The notes under the pieces are model-generated. The model was not told the origin of the DNA. It made no database searches and saw nothing but the letters and a program-made list of their open reading frames with translations. Positions 1-10,100 of a DNA stretch of 31,600 bases are shown here, one piece after another. Origin of the DNA: a virus (lineage: Duplodnaviria; Caudoviricetes); the IMG/VR virus record IMGVR_UViG_3300020282_000011, positions 1 through 31,600 of that record. One strand, 5' to 3'. Numbering within the stretch: position 1 is the first letter of the stretch; every line of letters begins with the position of its first letter. Position numbers and translations under genes: made by a program.

Positions 1-278
1 ATTGTTAATTCAACTTCATCTCTCAAACTCATACCAAATTTAGTAAGAACGTCACCAGCACCTGAGTAACCATCATATGAGTTTACATACGCTTCAATAA
101 CAAAATTATCATCAAATTTTGATGATTGAACTTCTTCAATAATGGATTTTGTATTTACAAACTTACGTGGAATATAAGTAACATCCAATCCATATATTTT
201 TAATTGTTCATTTATTAAATCTTGAACTAATCTCTGTTCAGATTCTGAACCATGTAAAAAGTAAGAATTTTTTGCCAT
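1..278 (-). CDS. gp14: T4-like neck protein gp14, N-terminal part (runs off the window)
   Basis: Hand translation from ATG at 278: MAKNSYFLHGSESEQRLVQDLINEQLKIYGLDVTYIPRKFVNTKSIIEEVQSSKFDDNFVIEAYVNSYDGYSGAGDVLTKFG. The EQxLxxxLxxE, G.DV.YIPR and GD.L.KFG motifs match gp14, and the gene lies directly downstream of gp13. Confidence 0.9.
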   Translation of the reverse strand, partial: MAKNSYFLHGSESEQRLVQDLINEQLKIYGLDVTYIPRKFVNTKSIIEEVQSSKFDDNFVIEAYVNSYDGYSGAGDVLTKFGMSLRDEVELT

Positions 279-282
279 AATA

Positions 283-1125
283 TCATCCTATCATGTCAAG
301 GGGAGGAGTTTCATATTCTGTTGCCATTCTTTGCTTGATTGAATCCAAATCTCTAATTGCATCATCATATATCTCTCTTCCATTTAATTCAATACCACCT
401 GGTAATTTAGTTCCCCTAAATTTAATTAAATTTTGTCCCCACTGTCTCTTTATTAGTGCTGTCAAATATAATTTAACAAATGGATCATTATAAACTTGTG
501 TGAATTCATCAGGATCTAAAGCACGAAAACAATCAATCACAATAAAGTCACCCTCTTGTTGTGCCCCCCAATCAAGATCTAAATATAATCTATCTTGTCT
601 CTGATTAAATCTTATTTGTTTTTCTGTCGTTAGTAAATGATCAATATCCTCAAGATATCTTTTTGTCATCGCATATTGTAATAAATTAATTGAATTAAAA
701 TAATATAAATCATTTAAAAATAACTGATATTTTATACTAAACATTCCACCAGAAATTGAACTGGTATCAAATTTAAATATTCTATTTACACCAATAACGT
801 GGTCAGGAACTGCTAAAAAATTAGATGTTTCATAAAAATTACTTGTTATTGTACCATACCCACTTACATTTTGTGTTCCAGTAGTTGTTACAATACCTAC
901 ACCATCAGTTCCTTTTGCTGAACCTCTATCAATATCTTCTTGAGTAATTTTATATTTAAGAAACATTCTTTCAATACCGTCAAAATGCCTCTGATTAAAA
1001 TATTGAATGGTATCATCGACCAAATCATCAACTTGGTCATCATCAACATTTATTTCCAATACTGGTGCACCCAGTTTACGGAAACAGTATTCAATTAATC
1101 CTTGTCTAGTTGATGGTTTAGCCAT
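283..1125 (-). CDS. gp13: T4-like neck protein gp13
   Basis: 280 aa. Motifs RKLGAPVLEINVDDDQ and KRQWGQNLIKF...LPGG..LNG..IY are typical of gp13, and it is syntenic with gp14. Confidence 0.93.
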   Translation of the reverse strand: MAKPSTRQGLIEYCFRKLGAPVLEINVDDDQVDDLVDDTIQYFNQRHFDGIERMFLKYKITQEDIDRGSAKGTDGVGIVTTTGTQNVSGYGTITSNFYETSNFLAVPDHVIGVNRIFKFDTSSISGGMFSIKYQLFLNDLYYFNSINLLQYAMTKRYLEDIDHLLTTEKQIRFNQRQDRLYLDLDWGAQQEGDFIVIDCFRALDPDEFTQVYNDPFVKLYLTALIKRQWGQNLIKFRGTKLPGGIELNGREIYDDAIRDLDSIKQRMATEYETPPLDMIG

Positions 1126-1301
1126 TATTCACCTTTGAGATTTGCTATTTGCTCTAGAAGTTCGTTTCTTTCTCTATCAAAATCATTTTTAAGAGTTTGT
1201 AATTTTGCCTCTAATAATACGTTTTGATTTAATGCTGATGCTAATTTAGAATTATATAAGTTGACGAGTACATTAACGTCCACTTCATTGTTTTGTTGCA
1301 T
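1125..1301 (-). CDS. Small coiled-coil hypothetical protein (58 aa, not in the ORF track)
   Basis: Hand translation MQQNNEVDVNVLVNLYNSKLASALNQNVLLEAKLQTLKNDFDRERNELLEQIANLKGE*. It fills the gap exactly, its TAA overlaps the gp13 ATG (TAATG), and it has heptad-like Leu spacing. Confidence 0.8.
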   Translation of the reverse strand: MQQNNEVDVNVLVNLYNSKLASALNQNVLLEAKLQTLKNDFDRERNELLEQIANLKGE

Positions 1302-1304
1302 TTC

Positions 1305-2948
1305 TTAAAAAGTTCCCCCGTCTAGGGTTGAAGTCCAATGTGGTTTGTTTGTATATACCACTGTAACAGTATTGGGCACAGATGCCAAGTTTTGTATAGC
1401 ACCATTGTTACCTTCCTTACGTAAATTAGCAGTAGTATTAAATGTTCCTTCAACACCTATTAAATTTACAGATGTAGAACCAGAAACACCAGTCTCAACA
1501 ATACCAAATGCTCCTGTGGTATCTTGTTTAATTATATCACCTGCAGCTGCGGTAATACCAGCAGATAGATTAGAAAGTGTATTTTTGGTTATTGCTGTCA
1601 ATACCTGTTTTGATGTAGGTATAGGTGCTTGTGGACTGTTAGTAGATTGCTGTAATCCTTCACTGTCAAACCAAACAACGCCACCTGAGTTAAAGTCACC
1701 AGACTGATAGTAGATACCTTTAATATCAAGGAAACCTTTTGTTCCAGCAACTACACTGTTTGATATAGTTGCATCAGGAACATATGTCCATCTACGACTA
1801 TTATCTCCGTGTGTTCCATGATTTCCAGCACCTTCAGTGCCTGATGCTATTGAACTATCATCAAATCCAAAGAAACCATCTTTGACATTTGCTGTTCCAA
1901 CGCCAACATTATACTTAAATCCAAGTCCACGATCAGTGTTAGTATCAGTTGCGTGAGTTACTGTTATTTGAGTGGTTGAAGTGATTCCTGCAATTGTTGT
2001 TCCTTGGAATGTTAATGTTTTTGTTCCAGTGTTAACATTAGAAACTGTTGTAATTCCACTTAGAGAAAAACTAGGATGTACTAAGATATCATTAACAGCA
2101 ATACCTATCACTGAATCAACTACAACTGTAGATGCACCAGAACTTATATCTGTCATTACAGTTCTTGTGCTGGTTGTATCACCAACCACCATAATCGCAT
2201 CATTAACTGTTGTTGATGTTGAGTTAACCGTGGTTGTAGTACCATCAACTTGCAAGTTACCTTTGATGATAACGTCACCTTCATTACTTAAACCATCTGG
2301 AAATGGGTCAATGAATATTTTATTTCCTTGACCAGCAAGAGATGCAATTATATTATCTTGTATTCTAATATTACCAAGTTTAGCATTTCCACCTGCAACT
2401 ACTAAATCTCCATCAATATTTACTTTAGTGCTAGTAAATCTTACATCTGCTCCAGCAAATCTTAATTCATCTGTTCCATTCTCATCATATTCAATAGTAG
2501 CATCAGAACTTGAATTTCCATCACTACCACCACCAAATCCAAGTTTGGTATCATCAGGTATCATTACCTCACCAGATCCATCAGGATTAAAAATTATATC
2601 ACCATCTGTATCTGTTGATGATAAGGTATTTCCATTTAATGTTAAGTTATCTACATTCCATTCGTCTATTTTGCGATTGTTATCAAGAACTGCAACTAAT
2701 CCACCATCACTATTTCTAGTGTTAGTAACACCTGTTAATGAACCTGGTGTATGTTCCATCATCGAGGTGTAATAGTGCCCCGCTACTGGATGAACATTTG
2801 TACCATCATCTCCTAAGAATATTCTATCCTTATATTGATTTGTGCCACCAAACTGACCAACACCAGTAACATATGCCATTTCACCCCAGTTCAAACTAGC
2901 AGGTTTGGCTGTACCCGATGATCGTTTGATTCTAATTATACTAGCCAT
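1305..2948 (-). CDS. Virion fiber / tail-fiber-like protein
   Basis: 547 aa, rich in G/T/S/N. The N-terminus MASIIRIKRSSG...LNWGEMAY resembles the Mtd_N/hyaluronidase-type fiber N-terminus. It also has the fiber motifs VIIKGNLQVDGTTTTVNST and DTNTDRG and ends in LDGGTF. Confidence 0.75.
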   Translation of the reverse strand: MASIIRIKRSSGTAKPASLNWGEMAYVTGVGQFGGTNQYKDRIFLGDDGTNVHPVAGHYYTSMMEHTPGSLTGVTNTRNSDGGLVAVLDNNRKIDEWNVDNLTLNGNTLSSTDTDGDIIFNPDGSGEVMIPDDTKLGFGGGSDGNSSSDATIEYDENGTDELRFAGADVRFTSTKVNIDGDLVVAGGNAKLGNIRIQDNIIASLAGQGNKIFIDPFPDGLSNEGDVIIKGNLQVDGTTTTVNSTSTTVNDAIMVVGDTTSTRTVMTDISSGASTVVVDSVIGIAVNDILVHPSFSLSGITTVSNVNTGTKTLTFQGTTIAGITSTTQITVTHATDTNTDRGLGFKYNVGVGTANVKDGFFGFDDSSIASGTEGAGNHGTHGDNSRRWTYVPDATISNSVVAGTKGFLDIKGIYYQSGDFNSGGVVWFDSEGLQQSTNSPQAPIPTSKQVLTAITKNTLSNLSAGITAAAGDIIKQDTTGAFGIVETGVSGSTSVNLIGVEGTFNTTANLRKEGNNGAIQNLASVPNTVTVVYTNKPHWTSTLDGGTF

Positions 2949-2949
2949 T

Positions 2950-3180
2950 TCAGAAATTTCCTCCGTTGATGTCTAAATTCTGTTCTGTTCCAGGCGTTAA
3001 TTCTAAAGTCGCATCAAATTTTTTTGTAGTACCATTAAAAACAAGAACCATTCCATTCTGGAGTGTACCTGCTATATTCACATCACTTAATTCTGCTAAT
3101 GATAGGGTTTGAGCACCTGCTAGTGAAGAAATCACTTTTGTGGCACCTTGTTGTCCTACTCTGACTTTTATATCTGCCAT
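2950..3180 (-). CDS. Small virion/fiber-associated protein
   Basis: 76 aa. Contains LAELSDV...NGMVLVFN...KF, a repeat seen in phage fibers, and ends in INGGNF. It is the first gene after a late promoter. Confidence 0.7.
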   Translation of the reverse strand: MADIKVRVGQQGATKVISSLAGAQTLSLAELSDVNIAGTLQNGMVLVFNGTTKKFDATLELTPGTEQNLDINGGNF

Positions 3181-3207
3181 CTAAAAAATGTATTCAGATC
3201 TAAAAAG

Positions 3208-3215
3208 TATTTATA
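3208..3215 (-). promoter_or_regulatory. T4-type late promoter TATAAATA (gp55 sigma)
   Basis: The plus strand reads tatttata, a perfect TATAAATA on the minus strand. It is intergenic, about 28 nt upstream of the ATG at 3180. Confidence 0.85.
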
Positions 3216-3219
3216 TTTA

Positions 3220-3432
3220 CTATGATGTTATCTTTGATGCAAGATCATTAAGCATGGATTTGAGAGTCTCAATCTCCTCTTTCATGGCATCAAATTCTTC
3301 TTTCTTCAAATTATTTCTTTTTTTATCTCGTAGATAATTCATATATGCACCATTATCACAATTAATAATAGCACCTGTACTATCATCACGATAAAGGTTC
3401 TTGTGACCTTCTACTGGGATCATTTTAGACAT
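3220..3432 (-). CDS. Conserved cyanophage hypothetical protein with C-terminal coiled coil
   Basis: 70 aa with VEGHKNLYRDDSTGAIIN followed by a coiled-coil tail. I recognise this type of ORF as commonly following VrlC in T4-like cyanophages. Confidence 0.75.
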   Translation of the reverse strand: MSKMIPVEGHKNLYRDDSTGAIINCDNGAYMNYLRDKKRNNLKKEEFDAMKEEIETLKSMLNDLASKITS

Positions 3433-4175
3433 TATTCTTTTAGTTTAAGTTTTCTATCTATCTCTTTGTTCGCATCTCTCTTACGCCTGATACCTGATTT
3501 TTCTAGATATCTATCAAGTAATTTTTTTAATCGTGCTCTTTTTGCACCAGGTACTAAATCGCCTGGTCCTTCTTTTGCTATTTGATCATCTCTCTTCTTT
3601 ATAATTTCTCGTTGACCTTTAATTTTTCTATTCTTTTTTTGCTGCTTAGTTAAATCAGAGGATGGGGGCAAACCAAGATACTGTCTTTTAGTTCGTGACT
3701 TTGATGCATCAAATCCTCCAGTTCCTGCAAATGGACCTTTAGATTTTTTTGATTGCATGATCATACCAGCAGCACCAATACCTGTCATCAAAGCAGGAAC
3801 AACTTTACTTCCTGTTTTGATAGCCATTGCAGCATTCTCGAATTGATTTTCAGGTTTATTCATTCTTTTTCTTGTTGCTTTATCAACTTTTTTACCAGTG
3901 AATGTGTCCAGATCAGTTGGTCTATTTAAATCTGGATTCGTTTCATTGTTTATACGTTTCTGAGCTTCTCTAACCTTTTTTAACATTTCTTCCTTAGAAG
4001 GTTTACTAGTGTTACTAATAACCTTTTTTTCATATGGTTTTCTTGCCTTCTTTGCTTTTCTTGATTGTAATATAGTTCCAGCAGCACCAATACCTGTCAT
4101 CAAGGCAGGAACAAGTTTACTTCCTCCCTTGACAGATACTGCAATACTTTCTTGAAATTGATTGAATGTTTTCAT
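3432..4175 (-). CDS. Basic protein with capsid-targeting-like N-terminus and internal duplication (putative internal head protein)
   Basis: 247 aa, Lys/Arg rich. It starts MKTFNQFQE, resembling the T4 internal-protein capsid-targeting sequence MKTYQEF..E, and carries two copies of GSK(L/V)VPALMTGIGAAG. TAATG overlaps occur at both ends. Confidence 0.6.
   Translation of the reverse strand: MKTFNQFQESIAVSVKGGSKLVPALMTGIGAAGTILQSRKAKKARKPYEKKVISNTSKPSKEEMLKKVREAQKRINNETNPDLNRPTDLDTFTGKKVDKATRKRMNKPENQFENAAMAIKTGSKVVPALMTGIGAAGMIMQSKKSKGPFAGTGGFDASKSRTKRQYLGLPPSSDLTKQQKKNRKIKGQREIIKKRDDQIAKEGPGDLVPGAKRARLKKLLDRYLEKSGIRRKRDANKEIDRKLKLKE
3766..4125. repeat. 48-bp direct repeat pair (3766-3813 and 4078-4125)
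   Basis: ccagcagcaccaatacctgtcatcaa(a/g)gcaggaacaa(c/g)tttacttcct: 46/48 identical, 312 bp apart and in frame. Confidence 0.95.
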
Positions 4176-7100
4176 TATGCGAGTGCTATTGCTCTGAAAT
4201 CTTTTAATCTAATTGGAACTGATTCATTAGTTGAAATCATTACAATTTTTATTTTAAATCCATTGAATTCTTCCAAATCATCTATAGAGAATTGATATTC
4301 AGAAAATTCATCAAAACTATTTGCTGCGACAAAAGCATCTGGTCTACCATCATTTTGAGTAATATCAATTATATCATTCCCAAATCCATCACCTGTTGTA
4401 TCATTAAGATTTTTATAACCAGGAAATGGTCTATAAGTTTGTGATACTTCACTAGAATCAAAACTATATAAACGATAAAATACTCTAAAGTCTGCCTCTG
4501 GTTGTCTACTAGCTGCAATAAGAACTTTAAGAGATGTGGCAGGATTTTTTAACGTAACAAGTTTAGATATGAAAACTGAACCATGAGGATCATTTTTCAA
4601 TCCTCTCGCTCTCTCATCTGTTGCATAATTATTTTCACCAATAGGATTATTAATTTTATTTCTACCTAGATAGAAGTTGGAATTTTTTACATCTAAAACA
4701 GGTGATAAATTAGAATCAGTAGATACCATGTCAACATTCAAGGTAAGTGATTTATTTTTTGGTAAATTTGCCAATCGCTCACTTTCATTTTTAACAGATG
4801 CAACTAATCTTGGAGAAGGTAAGAATGTTGTTTCATTTAGAGTTACTGGTGTAAAACCTTGATCTATGAATGAGACTTCGTTACCTCCTGAACTTGTACC
4901 ACTTACTGTTCTTAAACTAGTATTGACATTTGTTGATTTACCAGGTGTGATGACATTGAATTGTGGGTTGATTGAACTAAACTGATGATTTTGTGATATG
5001 TGAACATTTTTTCCACCAATCGCTTTTTCATTTGTAAAGCAGAGTAAAGCATCTCCTGTTCTATCAGATGCTAAGTTTGGTACGTCAACTTTTAAGAAAT
5101 AATTATCAATATTATCATCAAATGTTGTAATATCAAACGTTGTATTAATACCTGCAAGAGAAATACCACCTGCTTCATATGTTTGTATATCTGATCCAAC
5201 ATTATGTGATACGGGTGTTGTGCCAAATTGTCCTCTGACTATTGATAATTTACCAGTTCCAACTGTATATGATACAATTTCACTTCCAATTAAAGCAGAA
5301 CCCCTATCAGTTGTAATTCCATTAAAATTGGCAAATGGTGTTGTATCTGCAATCTCAACAGATGTTGTATCTGATGTTAATGCTGATGTTGTTTTGACCT
5401 TTACAGAATCTGGTTTTACATTTTTTACAACTACCTTATTATTAGCACCATGATGAGCGTGATTAAATTGAGTAACCTCAAATACATCACCTGTATTCAA
5501 CTCTCCATTCACCGCTGATCCATCAACTTGTGATTGTGTAATAACTGACTTAGAAGTATTATTACTTGTATATTTTACAAGTTTGCGACCATTTGTAAAT
5601 TGGGATCCTTGAACATCAGTTAAGAATATGGAATCAAAAGTAGTTCCAATAGATGCAATAGAGAATTTAAATCCAATACCTGTGGTTACGTTACTACTCG
5701 TATTATCAATAGTAATTACATCACCTACTTGATAACCAGTACCAGCACCATTAACAGCAACGGTATTTACAGAATCACCACTTAAAGTTATATCCACTGT
5801 TAATCCATTTCCACTTCCTGTAATATTTCTTGTTGGTACAGCAGTTGCAGAACTAAGTACATATCCGCTTCCATCAGTAATCTTTGTAACACCCGTAACA
5901 CTTGAACCTTGTCCTTCAATTATACCTGTTATTGAAGAGTCATCAGGAACAGTGTTATTAGTAGCGTCAGCTTGTGATACCTTTTGTCCAATACCTAAAT
6001 TTGCGTCAGTACAATCATTACCACTAACATTAATTTTTAATTTTCTTGGCAAGGTGCGTATAGGATTATCAGGTAATTTCTGAGTATTTAAATTACCAGC
6101 TCTAATTGGTGTATTATAGAAAGTAGCAGTTCCAGAACTTACAAATGATGCCTTACGTAATTTAAAGCATAAATCTTCATATTGACTTGGAGTCCAAATA
6201 GTACCGTTTTGTGATTTAAATAAACTTCCACCAATATATTGTTTTGATACAACCACATCTTCAACATCAGGAAGCACCGTTGAACGAACTGTTTTCTCAC
6301 CCATGCGAGCAACCCACATTTCATATAAATCTGATGCAGGTGATAATATTACAATTGCATATTCTCTTCTTGGTTCTAGATAAACTGGAGATGGGAAACG
6401 AATTGTAGTGGCAAGAGACGCATCATCCGAAATATTCACTTGATTTGGATTTAATGCTATCTGTGTATAATCCTGAACAAGGAACCTTGTTGGTGTTCCT
6501 AATTCTACATGTCTGAGTTCAATGAATACTTTTGCGTTTGGATCTTTAGAAGCAAAATATAAATCAAACGATGTTAAAAATGCTCCTGTTTCATCAACAG
6601 TAAATGATTGAGCCAATGGATCTCTATCAGGTGCCTCAAAGAACTCCGTATCTGTCAATGTATTTACATTGACGCTTACAGTCGTTTCATTTTGTCTTTG
6701 AGGGGGTGCTGAAGGATTTCTAACACTTACATTACTATTAGATTGTGTAAGTATAACCCCTGTGCCTGTAAAGACTCCTGAAGCGTCACTAGCGAGTGCT
6801 GTTGAGCCAGGCAATGGTATTACACCTTCAGCAGCTGCAGTTACTCTAAATGTCTTTGTTCCAGATCTAAAAGTAATTGGTGGTCTGGGAACTGCATTTG
6901 CATTTCTAAAGAAGAATGACCCTATCAAATCTCCCCAATTATCAGATATTAAGTTTATGTTGGTAATTCTTGCTACTGCACCACTAGTTTCACCAATAAT
7001 CGTTGCTCCTACAACAGTATATCCATAGTATTCTTCATTATTTGCTAATGCAGTTACATCAATATTAAGTAATTTTGATGTTGCAGAATAACTTGTCGAT

Positions 7101-10100
7101 GGTGCTGGTCTTGAAGAATCAAAAGGATCAACCGTATATTCTTCAACAGTAACGGATGGTGATCCTAGTCCTGCACCAACATCTGGTCTTGTACTATCAC
7201 CAAACTTATGATTTGGTCTCTGAATTCTCATATATCCTATAACTGGATCATCACCTAAACTTACTAATTCAACTCTGACATTCTCAAATATTGTAAATGA
7301 ACCAGAAACCATTTCGATTTCAATTAATTTAGGGACAATATCTGGAGAAGCACTATCAAGATAATGATGATGTCTGGTTGCAGGTTTCAGACCATTTGCT
7401 GCAAAGAACACATTTCTTGATCTCATGAATGGATCTGCTTCACTATCAATTTTAGTGCTCTCAACATAATCAAATTCTCTACTTGGACCTTCTAAAACGT
7501 TTGTAAAACTTCTTTCAGTTCTTTGTGTTGTAGTAGTGGTTGTTGTAGTGACTAATTGAGCACTTTCATCTGCAAATTCTGTGCGTTGTCGTGTACGATT
7601 AACATCCGTATTAGTTTGTTGTGAAACAATATTTGCTTGCTCAACCCATGTAGCACCTGATGATTCAACTCTGTGACTATCAATATAAATTGTTCTTGCC
7701 CAATTATCTGATGGTGGGTCTAAAACAACCGCTCCAGCAAATGTAATTACATTAAATGGGTTTACATTTTCTACTCTTGTTGCTTGTGGTTGATTTATCC
7801 AATCAATTTCAGTATAATCAAGAGTAATTAAATCACCCGTTTTTCTACAATTTGTATCAAGTAATTGTAAATTAGAATTAAGGTCAGCAGACGCAGGGTC
7901 AATATTTGGATTAAGTGCAAGTTCTGCATTAATTGACCAAAAATCGACTGCACTTATTAATTCTCTATTAACAACATCAACATCACATCTAGAACCTCCA
8001 TTTAAACTAAAATCAATAAAACTTCTATTCTTAAAGTTATTAACTACAAAACCTGTTTTAAATCTATTAAGACCATCAGCATCTTTAACTTCTAAAGTTT
8101 TTGTGTCTAGTTCTAAAGCACTTAGAGATGTCATTTCTTCTAAGTTTTCAATTCTTCTCTCTAAGGCACCAATATCTCTCATCGTAAAACGACGATTATC
8201 GAACATTCTTATTCTAGGACCTCTTACAGTATCATACAAATATGGAGGTAAAGTAATCTGAGCAACTTCCATTGCATTGCCAACCTCTGTAGGAGGTACA
8301 GGATTTTCAGATGATACTCCTTTTATTAATTTTACCTGTTCAAATTCATTGATAACAAGTTTATCAATACGTGGTAGGTAGAAACTATAACCAATTATAG
8401 AACTTTCATTAGGTGTTATGATAAATGGATTTGTTTCTTCAAACTCACGATTACTAAATGCAAAAGGAGAACTATTAGTTGCGGTGAATTCTTTAACTCT
8501 AGGTCTTAGATCTAAAATATCAGTTGCCCTATCATTTGATATCAATGGTATATCATTTGTGTATCTATCAGAGGTGAATGAATTTACTGTAAATAAATCT
8601 CCTTTGTTACCTGAAGGTACTTCATATTGATCAAATATAACTAATAATCTCTTTGAAGGAATAGCAGACTTTTCTTTTCTAACAATTCTAGAATAATCTG
8701 ATATTTGTCTAGTATGTCCTTGATCCAATAGATAATTATCAGTTCTGTCGAGGTAGTTTCCATTTATAATTTCTTGTAAATTTGCAGAAATTGATGATTC
8801 TTTAAAGGATATATTCTCACCTAGAATAAATCTATTTGCATTTAGATATACAAAACTTATTTCAGTTGAGGTTCTTTCAACAATTTGTCCAACAGCTCTA
8901 CTCTCTTCCCCTACAATTTTTTCTCCTATAATCGTTGCTGTATCTAAATTTAATCCAGATACAAATATTAATTTATCTAACACTGGAGTGACTAAAGTTT
9001 TTGACTCATATATTGCAATAACTTTATTAACATCAGGATTATTAAGAGAAATTTCCTCATCTTCAACTCTTAATCCATAGGCATCACTTTGTGTTAAATT
9101 ACCATTAGTTGATATACCAACTGTTCTTGTAACTTCGATCTTCTTACTTCTAACATAATTTTTTGACTTACTTGTCAATCCAATCTTTTTAAGAGTGACA
9201 TTAACTGAACAATTAGCATTGGACTGTGTTAATCCTGCAAATTCAATATCATTTCCGTTATTTGTTATTGTAACTTTATCAGATGAGAGAGGTTCAATAG
9301 ACCCATCAGAATAAAATATTGTATATTTTTCAGCATCAAATGGTTCAAAGAAAGCACTTGTTATACCTGCATTTGCATTTAATGCGTCAGATGATGAGAG
9401 TGATAATGTACCTGTAGCACTAGTAGTTTGACTATTTACCTGAGAGGTAATTACTAAATTAGAATTAGATGCATTTAAATTTGATATATTTCTTCTAGGT
9501 AATCTAGAATATAATCCAGCATCATCAATATTTGATATTAAAGGAACTCTTACCCTAAAAACACCAGTCGTTGTGCCTGTACCTACTGATAAAACAGAAC
9601 CTTTATTTACACCAACTACATCTGGAATTTGATTTATAGTAAGTGTTTTACCATCACCACTTATGTTAGATATACGATTAAATACTGGATCTGTAAATGC
9701 ACCATGACTATAAGATATTATTGAATCTGTATTAATACCAACTCTACCTGCAAAATTTCTGCCAGGAATAGTCGCAGTGTTAACGGTGCCAGATGATGCA
9801 TCTGATATTACATTTAATTGATCTGCTGGTGAAAAACCTGGCAATACACGATCATATAGAACAGAATCTGCTATAAAATCTGATGGTAAGGCACCACCAC
9901 TAATTGTATCAGAATTTTGATAGATCGATTTAATGTCAAACACATTATATGCATTTATTTTAATGATAGATGACTTACTGTCAATTGTCTTTTCATTGTA
10001 TATTAATTTTTCTCCAACAATAAATGTACCTGTGGTTGAAGATATATTAATTTCATCTGCAGCAGTAGTGCCTGAGACTTCTGCCAAATAACCTATAGCA

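Noticed and set aside
1305-2948. Diversity-generating retroelement target, suggested by the Mtd_N-like N-terminus
   Set aside because: I saw no reverse transcriptase, no template/variable repeat pair with adenine-specific mismatches, and no C-type lectin domain in the window.
2949-2959. Slippery-type heptamer A AAT TTC just before the stop of the 76-aa ORF
   Set aside because: A -1 shift reads only LKWLV and then stops. The fiber gene is in the +1 frame, so no fusion would result.
3766-4125. 48-bp repeats as a CRISPR mini-array or att sites
   Set aside because: There are only two copies, 312 bp apart, in frame and coding a conserved peptide, with no cas or integrase genes.
6139-6324. Alternative-frame minus-strand ORFs (6139-6324, also 29346-29531)
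   Set aside because: They are short, nested in real genes, and have no supporting signals.
7520-7555. Poly-Thr run in VrlC as a contingency repeat
   Set aside because: The codons are mixed, so it is not a slippage-prone nucleotide repeat. It is probably just an extended beta-strand region.
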